From the human T2T-CHM13v2.0 reference genome, Homo sapiens: a stretch of DNA of 64,000 nt. The DNA lies in assembly GCF_009914755.1 (NCBI RefSeq), contig NC_060947.1. One strand, given 5' to 3'. The stretch's first letter is position 1. Every line of letters begins with the position of its first letter. This document shows, one piece after another, positions 14,638 to 28,400 of this stretch. The position numbers were made by a program, and so were the translations under genes. Below the pieces are notes generated by a model. That model did no database searches. It had not been told where the DNA came from and was given only the letters and a program-made list of their open reading frames with translations.

Positions 14638-15578
14638 TTTTTCTTTCTTTTCTAATTGCTCTAGCTAACTCAGTGTTGGATAGAAGAGGTGAGAGTGGAC
14701 ATCCTTGCAGTGTTCCATATCTTAAGGGGAAAGCTTTCCATTTTTTCACCATTAAGTTTTCGTTAGTTATAGACTTTTTGTAGCTGCTCTTTGTTAGGTT
14801 GAGGAAGTTCTACTCAAAGTTTGTTGAGAATTATTATAAATAGGTGTTCGATTTTGTCAAATGCTTTTTTGATATCCATTAAGATGATAATATGGTTTTC
14901 CTTTTTTAGTTTGTTAGTATGGTAAATTAAATTGATTTATTTTCAAATGTTAGACCAACCTTCCTTACTGAGATAAATTTCACTTGGTTATGTTGTATTA
15001 TCCATTTTATGTATTGTTGGATTTGATTTGCTAAAATTTTGTTCAGAATCTTTTCATTTACTTCTATGAGGGAGGAATATTAGTCTATAGTTTTCTTTTC
15101 TTATAATGTTTTTTTTCTGGCATTGTTATCAGTATAATGCTAGTCTCATAGAATTAGCTCTTTCATTTTCTGGGAGAGTTTTCTGTAGAGTTAGTTTTAT
15201 TTTATCCTTAAATATTTCATGAAGCCATCTGGTCCTGGAGTTTTCTGTATGGATAAGTTTTTAACTACAAATTCAATTTTTAAAATAGATGTAGAACTAT
15301 TCAAGTTATTTATTTCTTCAGGAGTCAGCTTTGGTAATATATGTCATTCAAGGAATGGGTCCATTTTGTCGAATTCACTAAATGTATTGTCATAAAGGTT
15401 TTTATGATAGTATCTTATTCTTTTTATATGTGTAGAATCTATGGTGAATTCACCTCCCAATTCCTGGCATTAGTAATTTGTATCTTATCTCTTTGGGAGC
15501 TAAATGATGAGAACAACACTCATGGATGGAGCTTCATCAATTTTGTTGATCTCAGAGCACCAGTTTTTGTTGCAATAA

Positions 15579-15976
<398 letters not shown>

Positions 15977-15982
15977 GCTTTC

Positions 15983-16575
15983 CTTTTCTTTTTTTTTTTT
16001 TCTTTTTTATTATACTTTATGTTTTAGGGTACATGTTTGTTACATATGTATACATGTGCCATGTTGGTGTGCTGCACCCATTAACTCATCATTTAGCATT
16101 AGGTATATCTCCTAAAGCTATCCCTCCCCCCTCCCCCCACCCCACAACAGGTTCCAGTGTGTGATGTTCCCCTTCCTGTGTCCATGTGTTCTCATTGTTC
16201 AATTCGCACGTATGAGTGAGAACATGCGATGTTTGTTTTTTTGTCCTTGCGATAGTTTGCTGAGAATGATGGTTTCCAGCTCCATCCATATCCCTACAAA
16301 GGACATGAACTCATCATTTTTTATGGCTGCACAGTATTCCATGGTGTATATGTGCCACATTTTCTTAGTCCAGTCTATCATTGTTGGACATTTGGGTTGG
16401 TTCCAAGTCTTTGCTATTGTGAATAATGCTGCAATAAACATACGTGTGCATGTGTCTTTATAGCAGCATGATTTATAGTCCTTTGGGTATATACCCAGTA
16501 ATGGGATGGCTGGGTCAAATGGTATTTCTAGTTCTAGATCCCTGAGGAATCGCCACACTGACTTCCACAATGATT
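15983..16575 (-). mobile_element. 5'-truncated L1PA4-like 3' end
   Basis: L1 3' UTR plus ORF2 C-terminus ([22 protein letters not shown]...). Confidence 0.93.
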
Positions 16576-17944
16576 GATAGCGTGGACACTTAGGTCATTA
16601 ATTTAAAACTTTTTTTTTCTGGTATAGGAATTTAATGCCATAAAGTGTCCCCTAAATACTGCTTTAATATAATAGCATACACCAAATTTAGATATGTTAT
16701 GTGTCCATTTTCATTCGGTTCAAAATACTTTCTAATTTTCCTTGTTTTCTTCTTCCGAATATTTGGTAACTAAATAACAGTTATTAGAACCTGTTTTCTT
16801 GTTTTCTTCTTCCAAATATTTGGAAGTTTTCCAGAGTTATTTGTCTTTGATTTCCATTTTAATTCTATTGTGGTCAGAAAACATATTGTGTATGGCTTGA
16901 ATCCTATTAATGTTATTGAAACTTGTTTTATGGCACCAAATATTGTCTATATTGGTAAATGTTCCATGTACATTTAAAATGAATGTATTCTACTGTCATT
17001 GGATGAACTATTCTATAAATGTCAAATAGATCAAGTTTGTCAGTAGTGTTTTTCACATCTTCTATATCCTTAATGATTTTCTGTCTACTTATTCTATTAA
17101 TTATTGAGAGAATAATATTGAAATCTCCAACTTTAATTATGTATGTGTCTATTTATCCTTGCATTATATTAGCTTTTGCTTCGTGTAATGTGAAACTCTC
17201 TTATTAGGTTCATAAACTCTTATGTTCCTCTTAGTAAATTGATCCCTTTATCATTATGGAATGACCTTTATCCCTTGTGGGATGACCTTATCCCTTATAA
17301 TATTCTTTATTCTGAAATCTGCTTTATCTGATATTAAGATAGCCACTTCAGATTTCTTTTGATTAGTATTAGCATCATAGTTTTCATCATTTTACTTTTA
17401 AAGTATTTGTATCTTTATTTATGAAATGCATTTATTGTAGGAAGCATACAGTCAGGTTTTGCTTTTTAAACTCAGTGTGACAGTCTCTGCCTTTTTATTG
17501 TGCTGTTCAGACCATTTTATATTTAGTGTGAGTGTTGATATTATCAGATTTAAATCTATCATTTTGCTGTTTGCTTTTTATTTGTTCCGTATATTCTGTG
17601 CTCCCCCTTTTTTCTCTTTATTTTTTAAACTCCTTTTGGATTAATTGAATATTTCTTCAATTTCATTTTGTCTTTTAGCTATTACTCTTTGTTTTGTTAT
17701 TTTAGTAGTTCATTACAGATTTACAGAATATACTATTAATTTATCACAATCTGCCTTAAGTAATATTATGTCACTTCATATATAGTATAAAAATGTCATA
17801 ACAGTATCTTCCATTTCTCTCCTTCTGTCTTTTGTGCTATTATAGTAATTTCACTTATGTTATAACCTCCACTCTCAATTGTTATTATTTTTGTTTAAAT
17901 AGTCAATTATCTTTTAAAGAAATTTAAATAATAAGGAAACTCCC

Positions 17945-18217
17945 AGGAACAGAAAACCAAATACCACATGTTCTCACTTACAAGTGGGAGGTAAATGATG
18001 AGAACACATGGACACATAGAGGGGAAGAACCCACACTGGGGCCTTTTAGAGAGGGGAGGGTGGGACAAGGGAGAGGATCAAGAAAAACAACTAATGGGTA
18101 CTAGGCTTAACACCTGGGTGATGAAATAATCTGCACAACAAACCCCTATGACACAAGTTTACCTATGTAACAAACCAGCACTTGTACCCCTGAACTTAAA
18201 ATAAAAGTTAAAAAAAA
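17945..18217 (+). mobile_element. Older L1PA (PA13-16-like) 3' end
   Basis: ctaatgggtactaggcttaacacctgggtgatgaaataatc...cctgaacttaaaataaaagtta. Confidence 0.88.
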
Positions 18218-18366
18218 TTCTATATATATATCCATGTCATTACCATTTCAGTGTTCTCCATTTCGTTGTGTAGCTACATATTTTCATCTGGTGTCATTTT
18301 TCCTCTGCCTGAAGGACTTTCTTTAGCATCTCTTGCAGTGCAGGTCTGTTGCTAAAAGTCTTTATT

Positions 18367-18589
18367 TCACTCTGTCACCCAGGCTGGAGTGCAGTGGCAC
18401 AACACAAACAACAAACACAGCTTACTGCAGCCTCAGTCTCCCAGGTTTAAGTAATCCTTCCACCCCAGCACCCGAGTAGCTGAGACTACAGGCAGGCACA
18501 CACCACTATACCCAGCTCATTTTTTTTTTTTTTTTTTTGGCAGAGATGAGGTCTCCCTATGTTGCCCAGGCTGGTCTCAAACTCCTGGG
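18367..18589 (-). mobile_element. Truncated AluJ/FRAM-like element
   Basis: cactctgtcacccaggctggagtgcagtggc...gttgcccaggctggtctcaaactcctgg. Confidence 0.85.
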
Positions 18590-20539
18590 TATTTCACCTT
18601 CATTTTTGAAAGACAGTTTCACTGGGTATAAAATACGAGGTTGACAAGTTTTTTTTCATTCAGTACCTTACAGATGTTGATTATCTTCTTCTTTGCATTG
18701 TTTCTGACCCCCCAAAATTACTATTATCCTTATATTTGTTCCTCTGTTCATAACATGTCTTTTTCCTTTGGTTGCTTTTATGATGTTTATCACTAGTTTT
18801 GAGCAATTTTTTTATAATACGTATTCGTATGGTTTGTTCATATTTCTCATACCTGGGGTTTATTGAAATTATTAGAACTATGGGTTTATAGTTTTCACGA
18901 AATCTGGAAAATTTGTGGTCATTATTTCTTCTAATATTTTTCTGCCTCTTCCCTTCCTTCACATGACTCCAGTTACACATGTATTAAGTCTTTGAAGTTC
19001 TCTCACAGTTCAATTATGTTCTTTTTTTATATCTTTTCTCTCTGTGTTTCATTTGGATAATTTTTATTAGTGGTTGTTCAAGTTCACTAATCTTTTATCT
19101 ACAATGTCTAATCTTCCATTATTCCCATCCAGTGTATTTTTGTGTCATACATTATAGTTTTCATTTTTAGAAGTTCAATTTGGGTCTGTTTTGTATCTCA
19201 CATGTCTCTACTTAACTTTTTGAACATTTGGAATACAGTTATAATTACCATTTTAATGTCCTCATCTACTAATTCTAACATCTGTTTCAATTCTGTGTTG
19301 GTTTCAATCTCCTCATTGTGGGTCATATTTTCCTGCTTTTGTGTTTGTTTGCCTAGTAACTTTCTATTGGATGACAAACACTGTGAATTTTGCCCTATTT
19401 GGTGCTGGATATTTTTGTATTCCTATGAATATTCTTGAGCCTTGTTCTGGAGCATAGTTAAGTTACTTGGAAATAGCTTGAACCTCTCAGGTTTTCCTTT
19501 TATGATTTGTTAGGAGGATTGAAGCAGTTATCAGTCTAGAGCTAATTATTCCCTAATACTGAGATAAGATTCATTTGTGTGCTGTACTCAATACGTTGTG
19601 AATCTGAGATTTTTCCAGACTGGCTGGGAGAAGCAGGCATTACCCTGAGTTGTGTAAGTTACAGGTACTGTTACTCATAATTCTTTCAAGTAGTTCTTTT
19701 CTAGGCCTTAGGTAGTTCCTTCACATGGATTCACTGATCATTACTACACTGAATACTCAAGGGAGACCCTCAGTGGGTTGCCAAAATGTCCCCTCTGTGC
19801 AGTTTTACAATACCTATCTTGTAAAGTTAGCCTCCTTGGCCTTCCTGGATTCCCAGCCATATCTTCAACTCAGGGAGAGCATCAAACTCTGCCTGGATTT
19901 TCCCTCCCTGTTCCACAGCCTTAAATCTCTCTCTAGGCAATAAGCTGGGGCAATTGTAGCACTTGCCTCATTTGTTTCCCATGTATTAAGGATCACTGTC
20001 TTGCATTACCTAATGCCCAGAATCTTGCAAAGTATTGTTTCTTTTTTGTTTGTTTGTTTGTTTGTTGATTGTTTCAAGCTGTAGGATAAATTCAGCCCCT
20101 GTGACTCTGTCTTGGACAGAAAGGAAGGCTACAAATATCTTTAAACATCATGAACTTCATGTTTAGGTGGACTCAAATGCTAAACATGCAAAAATAACCT
20201 TTATTTTTTAAAATATCCCCTTTATCCTTGATAAAATATTTTTTAAATTCCCCAAAGGAGCCCAGATGAATGGGGAAAAGTAGGGTCGTAGGAACATTCA
20301 GGAAGAAAAGAGAAGGGACAGGATATAAGCTTAGGTGAAGGTTTTTCTTCAGGACACAATATCAAGTTTGTATATGTTCATGGTGGCCCTCAAGGTGAGA
20401 ACAGCAGTGGTGACTTGTTTTGGTGGGAAGATAATTTCTCTACTAGTATATGGACTGCTAACTCCCTTGCTTCAAAATGAATATACAAACAAAAAGCCTG
20501 CCTACCTGCTGCCCCTGCAATGCCAACTCCATGTACACA

Positions 20540-20721
20540 TAGGATTGCTAGATAAATTACAAGATGCCCAGTTAAATTTGAATTTTAGATAAACTGAATA
20601 ATTTTTGTATGTCACAAATATTGCACAGTACATACTTATACTAAAATATTGTTAATCATTCACCTGAAATTCAAATGTCAGTGGAGTCCTTTATTTTTGT
20701 TTGCAAAATATGACAGTCTTA
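20540..20721. mobile_element. MER53 palindromic hAT MITE
   Basis: gatgcccagttaaatttgaatt...catacttatactaaaa...ctgaaattcaaat; degenerate TIRs and 8-bp TSD tgtacaca/tgcacata. Confidence 0.8.
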
Positions 20722-21235
20722 TGCACATAGCAGTATGACTTCCAGCTCATTTTTTAGGCCTCTGGAATTGGTCAGAAAAGGCTCTCATATCAGTTCTGTC
20801 ACTGGGCTATTTGGGGATGATTCATGCACAATACTTAGCTCACCATCTGTCCCCTAGTAGCCACCCTATGAATTAGAATGAGTAGCCAAGTCAGATACTG
20901 ATTCTCCTTTATAGATCACTCACTCATCCCTAATGGCCTCTGAGCCTTCTAACAGCCACCATAAGGCAGTTGACAATGATGTTATACCCACTTTACAGAT
21001 GGGGAAGATGACGATCTTAAAGGCCACCACAGCAGGTCAGAATGTATAAGTGCCCTGTGAATGACCCAGAGAGGAAGGGTTCTCATCCTACCTCTGCCCT
21101 TGACACCCCCCTGACTTCCTCTCCAGGCCCACTCTCCACACATAGCCAATGAGCTGAGCCCAGGAAATATACTATCAATTGTTCTAGAGTTTGAGTGACA
21201 AAACTAGAATGAGGACATTGCCCCCCACCCCAGCA

Positions 21236-21284
21236 TCCTGGCCTGTCCTTTGGAGTGAAGTCCTGGCTTGTCCTTGGAGTGAAG
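21236..21284. repeat. Tandem duplication, 24-25 bp x2
   Basis: tcctggcctgtcctttggagtgaag / tcctggcttgtccttggagtgaag. Confidence 0.9.
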
Positions 21285-22169
21285 TCTTGTGTTCTTGGGG
21301 TCTCCAAGGAAGCTCAGGCTGGCTACTTAAGGGATAGTGGACAGGCTTGTTGTCTTCTTCTGGTTCTTTGATTCCTAACTGATAGGGCCCACATGGTATA
21401 GAAAGGGCTCAGTGAAGCAAGAAACCAGGGCTTTGACCCCACCTCAGCTGCTAATTTATTCAGGGGTCCTCCTCCCTCTCTGCCTCAGTCACTGCCTTCA
21501 TTTCTCCATCGCTAAAATGGGGGTCATATTTAAAAAAATAGGAAAGGACTTTGAAAACATTAAAAGTGCTGCTCAAATGGCTGCAGATTCTGAATAGCAG
21601 TGTGGCCCCAAAATTAGAATCCTCATGTTAGCCCTTCTGCAGCAGTAACTGCTTATCCATCTATTTGCTGAGACCCTGACTGAGATGTGGGGAATGTAGG
21701 GGAAGGAACCTCCCTTCTTCTGAAGGTCATTAGGAAGTTCTTCAAAGGGTAGAGAATACAGAGCTGTGCCCAGTTCTTCCCAGTAATTGCAAGATGTTGA
21801 GCTTGGAGGTTTTTTTCCCCCTGGGCCCACTGGAGAGGGGTGAGCTTCCAATCTGGGCCTGTTGCCTACAGCCTCCAGAGACTTAGAGTTTGGAGAAAGA
21901 GAGCCAGAGGCAGAGTGAGGAAGGACAGGCCACATCTGCCTACTGTCCTAAAGCCTCCAGTTATATTACTGACTCATTCCACATCCTAGGAAGCTGAGGA
22001 CTAGTGCTTATTAGCAATCTCTCAGCAGGACATAAAGTGCATGTGTGTTTCTGGTACTGCTGTGTATTTTCTGATGCTGAATAAATGGATGAGCAGAAGA
22101 CTAACATCCAACAATGAAAATGCTGGGCTACCATTGGGTGCCTACAATACATTGAACATTTTTACCACT

Positions 22170-22340
22170 TTGTTTTAATTGATACACAAAAAGCATCCCC
22201 ACAAGGTAGATGTTATTATTATCCTCATTTTATAGGTATTTAAGTCAAGACCAGAGTTAAATAATTTCACCTAAGTCATACAGCTACTAAGTGAAGAGTG
22301 GCTATTGAAACTTAGGTCTGGCTGACTCTAAGATCTTCTC
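22170..22340 (-). mobile_element. MIR
   Basis: attatcctcattttataggt...cacctaagtcatacagctactaagtg...aggtctggctgactc. Confidence 0.7.
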
Positions 22341-22627
22341 TCTTCCACGCCATACTCTCTCTGGTGTCCCCCGGAACTTTCCTGCCCTGCTGTCTGGACC
22401 CCAGTGCCTGGAGCTCTGGCTCTGCCCTAGGAATCTTGGAGGAAACCACTGAATGAGGCAGGAGGAAGGAAGATGGAGCAGCAGAAAGAGCCTGAGTTGT
22501 GAGCTGGCCTCAGCCTCATCACTCTGACCCTTCCAGGTCTCCAGTGGCACAAATGGGTGCTCAGGCCAAATAAAGTCTGTGAAACCTACAGATTTCAAAA
22601 AGTAGTTTCTATACAGTTCAGTAATAC

Positions 22628-22820
22628 CTCAATTATTCCAAAATCATGTAATTGGTGACCTAACTGAATCAGAAAGTCATCAACCTCAGAACAGCGTCTG
22701 AAGAGCTGAAATAGCCTGAAGTCTCCTGCCCTTCCTTCACCAGGGAGCTCGGCAGGTTCATATGCAGTTTGTGGCTTCACGCCCACATGTCTAGCAAGCT
22801 CTGCTGCCAGTTCTCTCAGC
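22628..22820 (-). other. Candidate spliced exon, 193 nt, open frame LRELAAELARHVGV...HDFGIIE
   Basis: Branch-like ctaat, long pyrimidine tract and cag| acceptor; GAG|gtatta donor. Confidence 0.35.
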
Positions 22821-23369
22821 CTGTAGCACATAGAAGCAGCAAATTAGAAAGAGAGGGCCAGAGCTACTGGAAGTGAGGCTGGCAGACATCACAAATGGCC
22901 ACTGACAGTGACAGAGGAAGCAGCAATATTATACAAAGTAGGTTCGAATGCAAGAGGTTCAGCCATGTGGGATCATTTATTATAACGACAAAGAGCCTGA
23001 CAATGCTAGATAAATGAGATGTTACTGGACTTCCTCTGCCAACTTTGAATTCTCAAGTTACCTACTGAAAGAACTAAACATGTCCTTCTGGACCTGAGCA
23101 CTTGCCTAAGACTCAGGAATATTATTTAGGGTACAAGAACAGACATCATTTGCCATCCCATGTACATAGAGATTATGCTACTGATTCACTATTAGGATAC
23201 TCCAAAATCCTGACAAAAAGCAAGTCACATTCCATAATCCAGTAGCACTTTTGAAAATAGCATTTAATGGGGAGCTAAGTGGCCCCAGCTAGAGCTGGGA
23301 ATCAGGAGATGAGGTGAATATCCCATTGCCTCAGTCAGGAGCAGGGCGTGCCTCTAGGGTCATAGCCTA

Positions 23370-23807
23370 GTGTACTCATGAATAGTGTCCCCCTAAAATT
23401 TGTGCCTGCCCTAAACCTATGAATATGATCTATTTGGGAATAGAGTCTTTACAAATGTCATTAGTTAAGATGAGGTCACACTGAATTAGGGTGAGCCCTA
23501 ATCCAATGATTGGTATCTTTCTAAGAAGAGAAAATGGACACGGACACAGGGAGAAGGCCATGTGAAGATGGAGGCAGAGATTGGAATGGCATGTCTACAA
23601 GTCTAGGAATGACAAGGATTGCCAGCAACCACCAGGAGCAAAGAAGAAGCAAAGAAGCATCTTCCCCTAGAGCCTTCAGAGAAAATGTGGCTCTGCCAAG
23701 ACCTTGATTTCAAATTTCTAGCCTCTAGAATTGTGAGAATAAGTTTCTGTTATTTTAAGCCACATGGTTTGTGACACTTTGTTGTGGCAGTCCTAGAAAC
23801 TAATATA
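23370..23807 (+). mobile_element. MLT1 (MaLR) solo LTR
   Basis: gttaagatgaggtcacac...gtgaagatggaggcagagattgga...gcagtcctagaaactaata. Confidence 0.9.
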
Positions 23808-23874
23808 ATCTAAATTTTTATAAATCAGTTCATGGTCCAAACAACACTAGTAAAGAACTGAGAACTAAGCCAAT

Positions 23875-24745
23875 CTGGACTGCTGGCTAAGATGGCTTTT
23901 TCAAAGTTTACACTTTAAGACACCTCCACCAAATACATGGCAAGAATGTACTATAAAGAGAAAAATGCATACAGCCCTAAAAATAAATAAATAAGTATCT
24001 CAGTGGACCAAAATTGGAACATAAATATATCTGCTAAGCAGGGATGAAGGCACAGGGCAACTAAGCTCTGGATCTAGAAGGAGATGGAGATGACCAGGTG
24101 TTCTGCTCCTATGGGGTAATGAGAAGGCACTGGATTTACTGCTTGAAACCAAGTCCTAGTGTGGGGCTTTCCCATTCATGAAAAGGATGTATAAACATTG
24201 CAGTTACCCCCTGATTAGAACTGCGGTTTACACAGAGCTGCAAACTTAGGGATGTAAGATGAAGCAGACACATCCTGGCAACCAGGACTTGGCTCAAGTT
24301 ACCTGTAAATCTGGTGATATCCCCAGAATCGCAGCAGGATGGAAGCCTGAGTCACCAAGCAAATACATGATTTTTAACCGAGAGCTCTAGGGTGCTAGGT
24401 GGAGGCAATAACAAGAACACTAAACAGGAAAGGGTGAGGGCAGAGAAAATAAACAAACATACTACTACATGAGCTAAGCCAAAATCCCAAAACACATGAG
24501 AAAAATGAATATGAAGAGTGACAGCTAAAAAAAAAATCAACACTAAGGAGATGGATTCCCTCTTGACAAAGTGAAAGTATTATTGCAGCCTAAAAATGAT
24601 TTGATAAAAGATACATTTAGTATCCTCAAAGAGGTGAAAAATAACATCTAGTTTTTAAAACTAAGAAATTACGTACCAAAACAGACATAAATGAAATAAG
24701 AACAAGTAAACATATAAATGAACCAATTAGAAATTATGGAAATGT
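23875..24745 (+). mobile_element. Highly decayed L1ME-type 5'/ORF1 remnant
   Basis: A-rich; aaaatcccaaaacacatgag...gaaccaattagaaattatggaaatg resembles the old L1 ORF1 start. Confidence 0.5.
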
Positions 24746-25247
24746 CTGCTTATATTTGCTCCTCCCTGCATTAACAGACATCTAGGACACTAGATCTAGC
24801 TCACCTAATTCAGCAGCCTTGTATGCCACTTTCCTACTAGCATTGATATTTTTCTAGCATAGCCTGTCTTCTCCTCTGCAGACTCCTTGATCTGTGACTA
24901 AAGCTGGATTAAGAAGTAGGTAACCAAGCAGCTAATCTAGAAATGGTGGCCACATATCAGTGGATTCGTTGGCTATAAGATACCAGTTTATTCACATACA
25001 AACAGACACCCAGTGTCTTTATATTGTCCCTGAGCCTGCCCTTCCTTCTCTGTGTATCCTATGCCCCTATCACCCCCCATCCCATGTGCATTTCTCAGAT
25101 CCCGTTTCTACTGCCTGAGCTCTCTGCTACCTTCAGCATCCACGTGCATTCCTTGCCAACTAGTAGGCATTCCACAGGCCTCGTGGTACAGTGCCTTTTC
25201 TTTCACAAGTTCTCTTTAATTTGCTTATTCACACTCATTCTGAAAAC

Positions 25248-25430
25248 CAGCAGTTCTCAAAGTGTGTTCCCTGGACCAACAGCATCTCCATCACTCAGAA
25301 ACTTGTTAGAAATGCAAATTCTTGGCCCCCACTGAAGACCTACTGATTTAGAACCTCTTGGAGTGGCACTCAGAAATTTGATTTTTAACAAGTCCTTGGA
25401 TGATTCTGGTGCATGAAGAATTACTACCGT
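25248..25430 (+). mobile_element. MER5A hAT-Charlie MITE
   Basis: cagcagttctcaaagtgtg...acttgttagaaatgcaaattctt...tttaacaagtcc. Confidence 0.88.
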
Positions 25431-25899
25431 AGAAATTTGTGTTATAAGCACTTACAACATGCCGGGCGCTATGATAGGTATCTCTTGGCATGCCTGCTGT
25501 CACTTTGTGTCATAGCTGTTTTATCTGGAAGCCTCTCTGGGGCTATGTGGGAAAATCGGAGACTCCCAGAGTGGTGAATGAATGATCAGTATGGTATGGA
25601 CTTAGAAAAGAGAAGGAAAGCAACATTTCTGTGGCTGACAGATCTGAAGCTGAGAATTCGAGAAAGAGAGGGACTATTAAAAGCCCTTGTGTGGAGCTGG
25701 GTAACAGATGTAATGATTGTAGCCCAACTAAAATCAATAAACAGTGTCATACAGGGGCTGGGCATCCACACAGATAAAGTTGCCAGCCCCTGAAGCCTGG
25801 TGCTGGAGAGGTGATGGGAGAGACAGGGAGGATGACAGTTTGCTGGTGCCAAGCAAAGTTGCATTGTGTCAGGATGCCATCCATGCTAAGTAATTCCAC

Positions 25900-26570
25900 T
25901 TGACAAACACTAGTTCAGCAATTGGCCAATTCAAAGAGCACATGCAAGTACCTGCTCTGAGGATGCAGGAATGAATCAGCCAGAGTCCCTTCCCGCCGGT
26001 AGCTCATGGTCACATGAGGGTGACAGACACATAATCAGCCACCTGTGGTACAATCTGGACACATGCTCCAGGAGCAAGCCATGGAGTTCCCTAGTTTCTG
26101 CTAGGAGTTGGGGGAGGCCTTTTCGTGGGAGATGAAGTTTGAAGGATGGCTGAGAATGGCCAAGTGGAGGGAACAGACTGTGTGATGATATGGAATGGTG
26201 AAAGGGAAGAGGGAGAGGTTCAGGATAGCTGGTAATGTTAAAGCAGATAGCAGTGCATAGCAAGAGAGAAGCCTGAAGAAGTAAGTGGGGTTGGAATGGA
26301 TTGTGGTGCTGGGTTTCATCCTGTAGGTGATAGGGAGCCACTGGACGTTTCTGAGCAGAGGAATGATATGGCAGACTTGGTATGTTAGAGAGCTCATGCT
26401 GGGGACTGCATAGATGATGGAGCTGAGATGGAGACAGCTTGTCTAGGAGGCCTATGAGGATTCTGTTTGAAGAGTCCTAGAGAAAGCTAATATGGATCTG
26501 AGATGGGTCAATGGTACCAGCATTGAATGAAAATAATGATTGGAGAGATCTTGTCAGGGACAGGTCCTGC
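25900..26570 (-). mobile_element. LINE-2
   Basis: Antisense L2 (gatagggagccactggacgtttctgagcagaggaatgatatg...). Confidence 0.75.
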
Positions 26571-26697
26571 AGAACTCTGGGGGATATAAAGATATACCAC
26601 AAGGTAACCACCTTACCTCGCAAGCTTAGCATTCCTTAGAAGGAAGCCTAAGACAAGTATACAATGGAAGGAAAAACCCTTCTTTCACCTTATATGA

Positions 26698-27161
26698 TGT
26701 ATTAGTTTCCTAGGGCTGCCGTAACAAAGTTCCACAAACTGAGTGGTTTAAACCAACACAAATTTATTATTTTACAGTTCTTGAGATCAGAAGACTGGAG
26801 TGAGTTGGCAGGGCTGCATTCCTTCTAGAGGCTCTAGGGGGAAGATCTTTTTTTTTTTTTTTCCTTTTCTAGTTTCCGGAGGATACCTACATTCCTTGGC
26901 TCATGACCCCACATCACTCCAACCTCTGCTTCTGTCATTACATCTCCTTCTTTGACTCTAACCCTCCTCCATCCCACTTAGAAGAATCATTGTTGATTAC
27001 GTTTAGGGCAAATCCTGAAAATCCAAAATGACCTCCCCATCCCAAGATCCTTAAGTCAATCACATTTGCAAAGTCCTTTTTGTCATGTCAGGTAACATAT
27101 TCACAGCTTCTGGGGATTATGATGTGAGCATCATGGGGGCCAATTATTCAGCCCTACTACA
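26698..27161 (-). mobile_element. MLT1 solo LTR
   Basis: tgtattagtttcctagggctgccgtaacaaag...attattcagccctactaca. Confidence 0.9.
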
Positions 27162-27371
27162 TATGAAAAGAGTTCTTATGTTTTCACGAATAAAGAAAGA
27201 TGATAATGGCCATCTTCTTTTGAGTGCTTACCATCCATCATATATTTTCTCATTTAACTTTTGTGGACTCTAAGAGGGTATGTTCCATTCCTATCCTTCA
27301 AGTTGCCAAAAACAACCCAGCTAGGAAGTGGCAGGGCTAGGTAGCACTCCTATTCCCAGGGCTGTGCATTT

Positions 27372-27563
27372 GTGTCAAATCTCCTTCTGCCTCCCCCTTA
27401 TAAAGACACATGATGTTGCATTTAGAGCCTACCCAAATGGATGAAGATGTGAGGATAACATCCTCATCTCAAAATTATTAATTTATTCACATCTGCAGAG
27501 ATGCTATTTCCATATAAGGTAACATTTAGAAGTTCCAGATTTGGGGCCATTATCCAGCCTACA
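27372..27563 (-). mobile_element. MLT1 LTR fragment
   Basis: cttataaagacacatg...tttagagcctaccca...ggccattatccagcctacaa. Confidence 0.75.
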
Positions 27564-27738
27564 ATAGTTTTCATCATCACCTAGGTCTTACAGCAGGGTA
27601 TTCACATGGCTGTAACTCTTCTTTAAACACCTACTAAAGTTAATGCCATATCTGGATTCATCTTAAAAATCTTACCCCTTGACTCCTGAATTCACTAACC
27701 CAGAGGTCTCATCTTTTTGCCGTAATTTTGAGAGATAA

Positions 27739-28057
<319 letters not shown>

Positions 28058-28227
28058 AAGAGCCAATTTTCAATTATCTATGGAAGTGATATATTAACTG
28101 ATATTTGCCAAACGTAAATTCATGTTTGCATTCACAGAGTGAATGGGGAAGAACTGTGGAGACAGATACCCCAACTTGTGTCCTCACTCTGAGATGACCT
28201 CTTCAAAGAGTGTTCATGGCCAGTTCA

Positions 28228-28400
28228 GGAGGCAGCATGCAGAATGGCAAGGTAACTGAGCTTGGAGTCAGAGAAGCTGAGTTTTGACACAGCTCTATTA
28301 CTGCCAGCTGAGTATGACCAATCACTTAACCTTTCTGGGCCTCAATTTCTTTGTCTGTGAAACAGGACTATTGATATCTGTGTTGCTTACCTCACAGGGC
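28228..28400 (+). mobile_element. MIR
   Basis: ttggagtcagag...tcacttaacctttctgggcctcaatttc...cttacctcacaggg. Confidence 0.75.
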
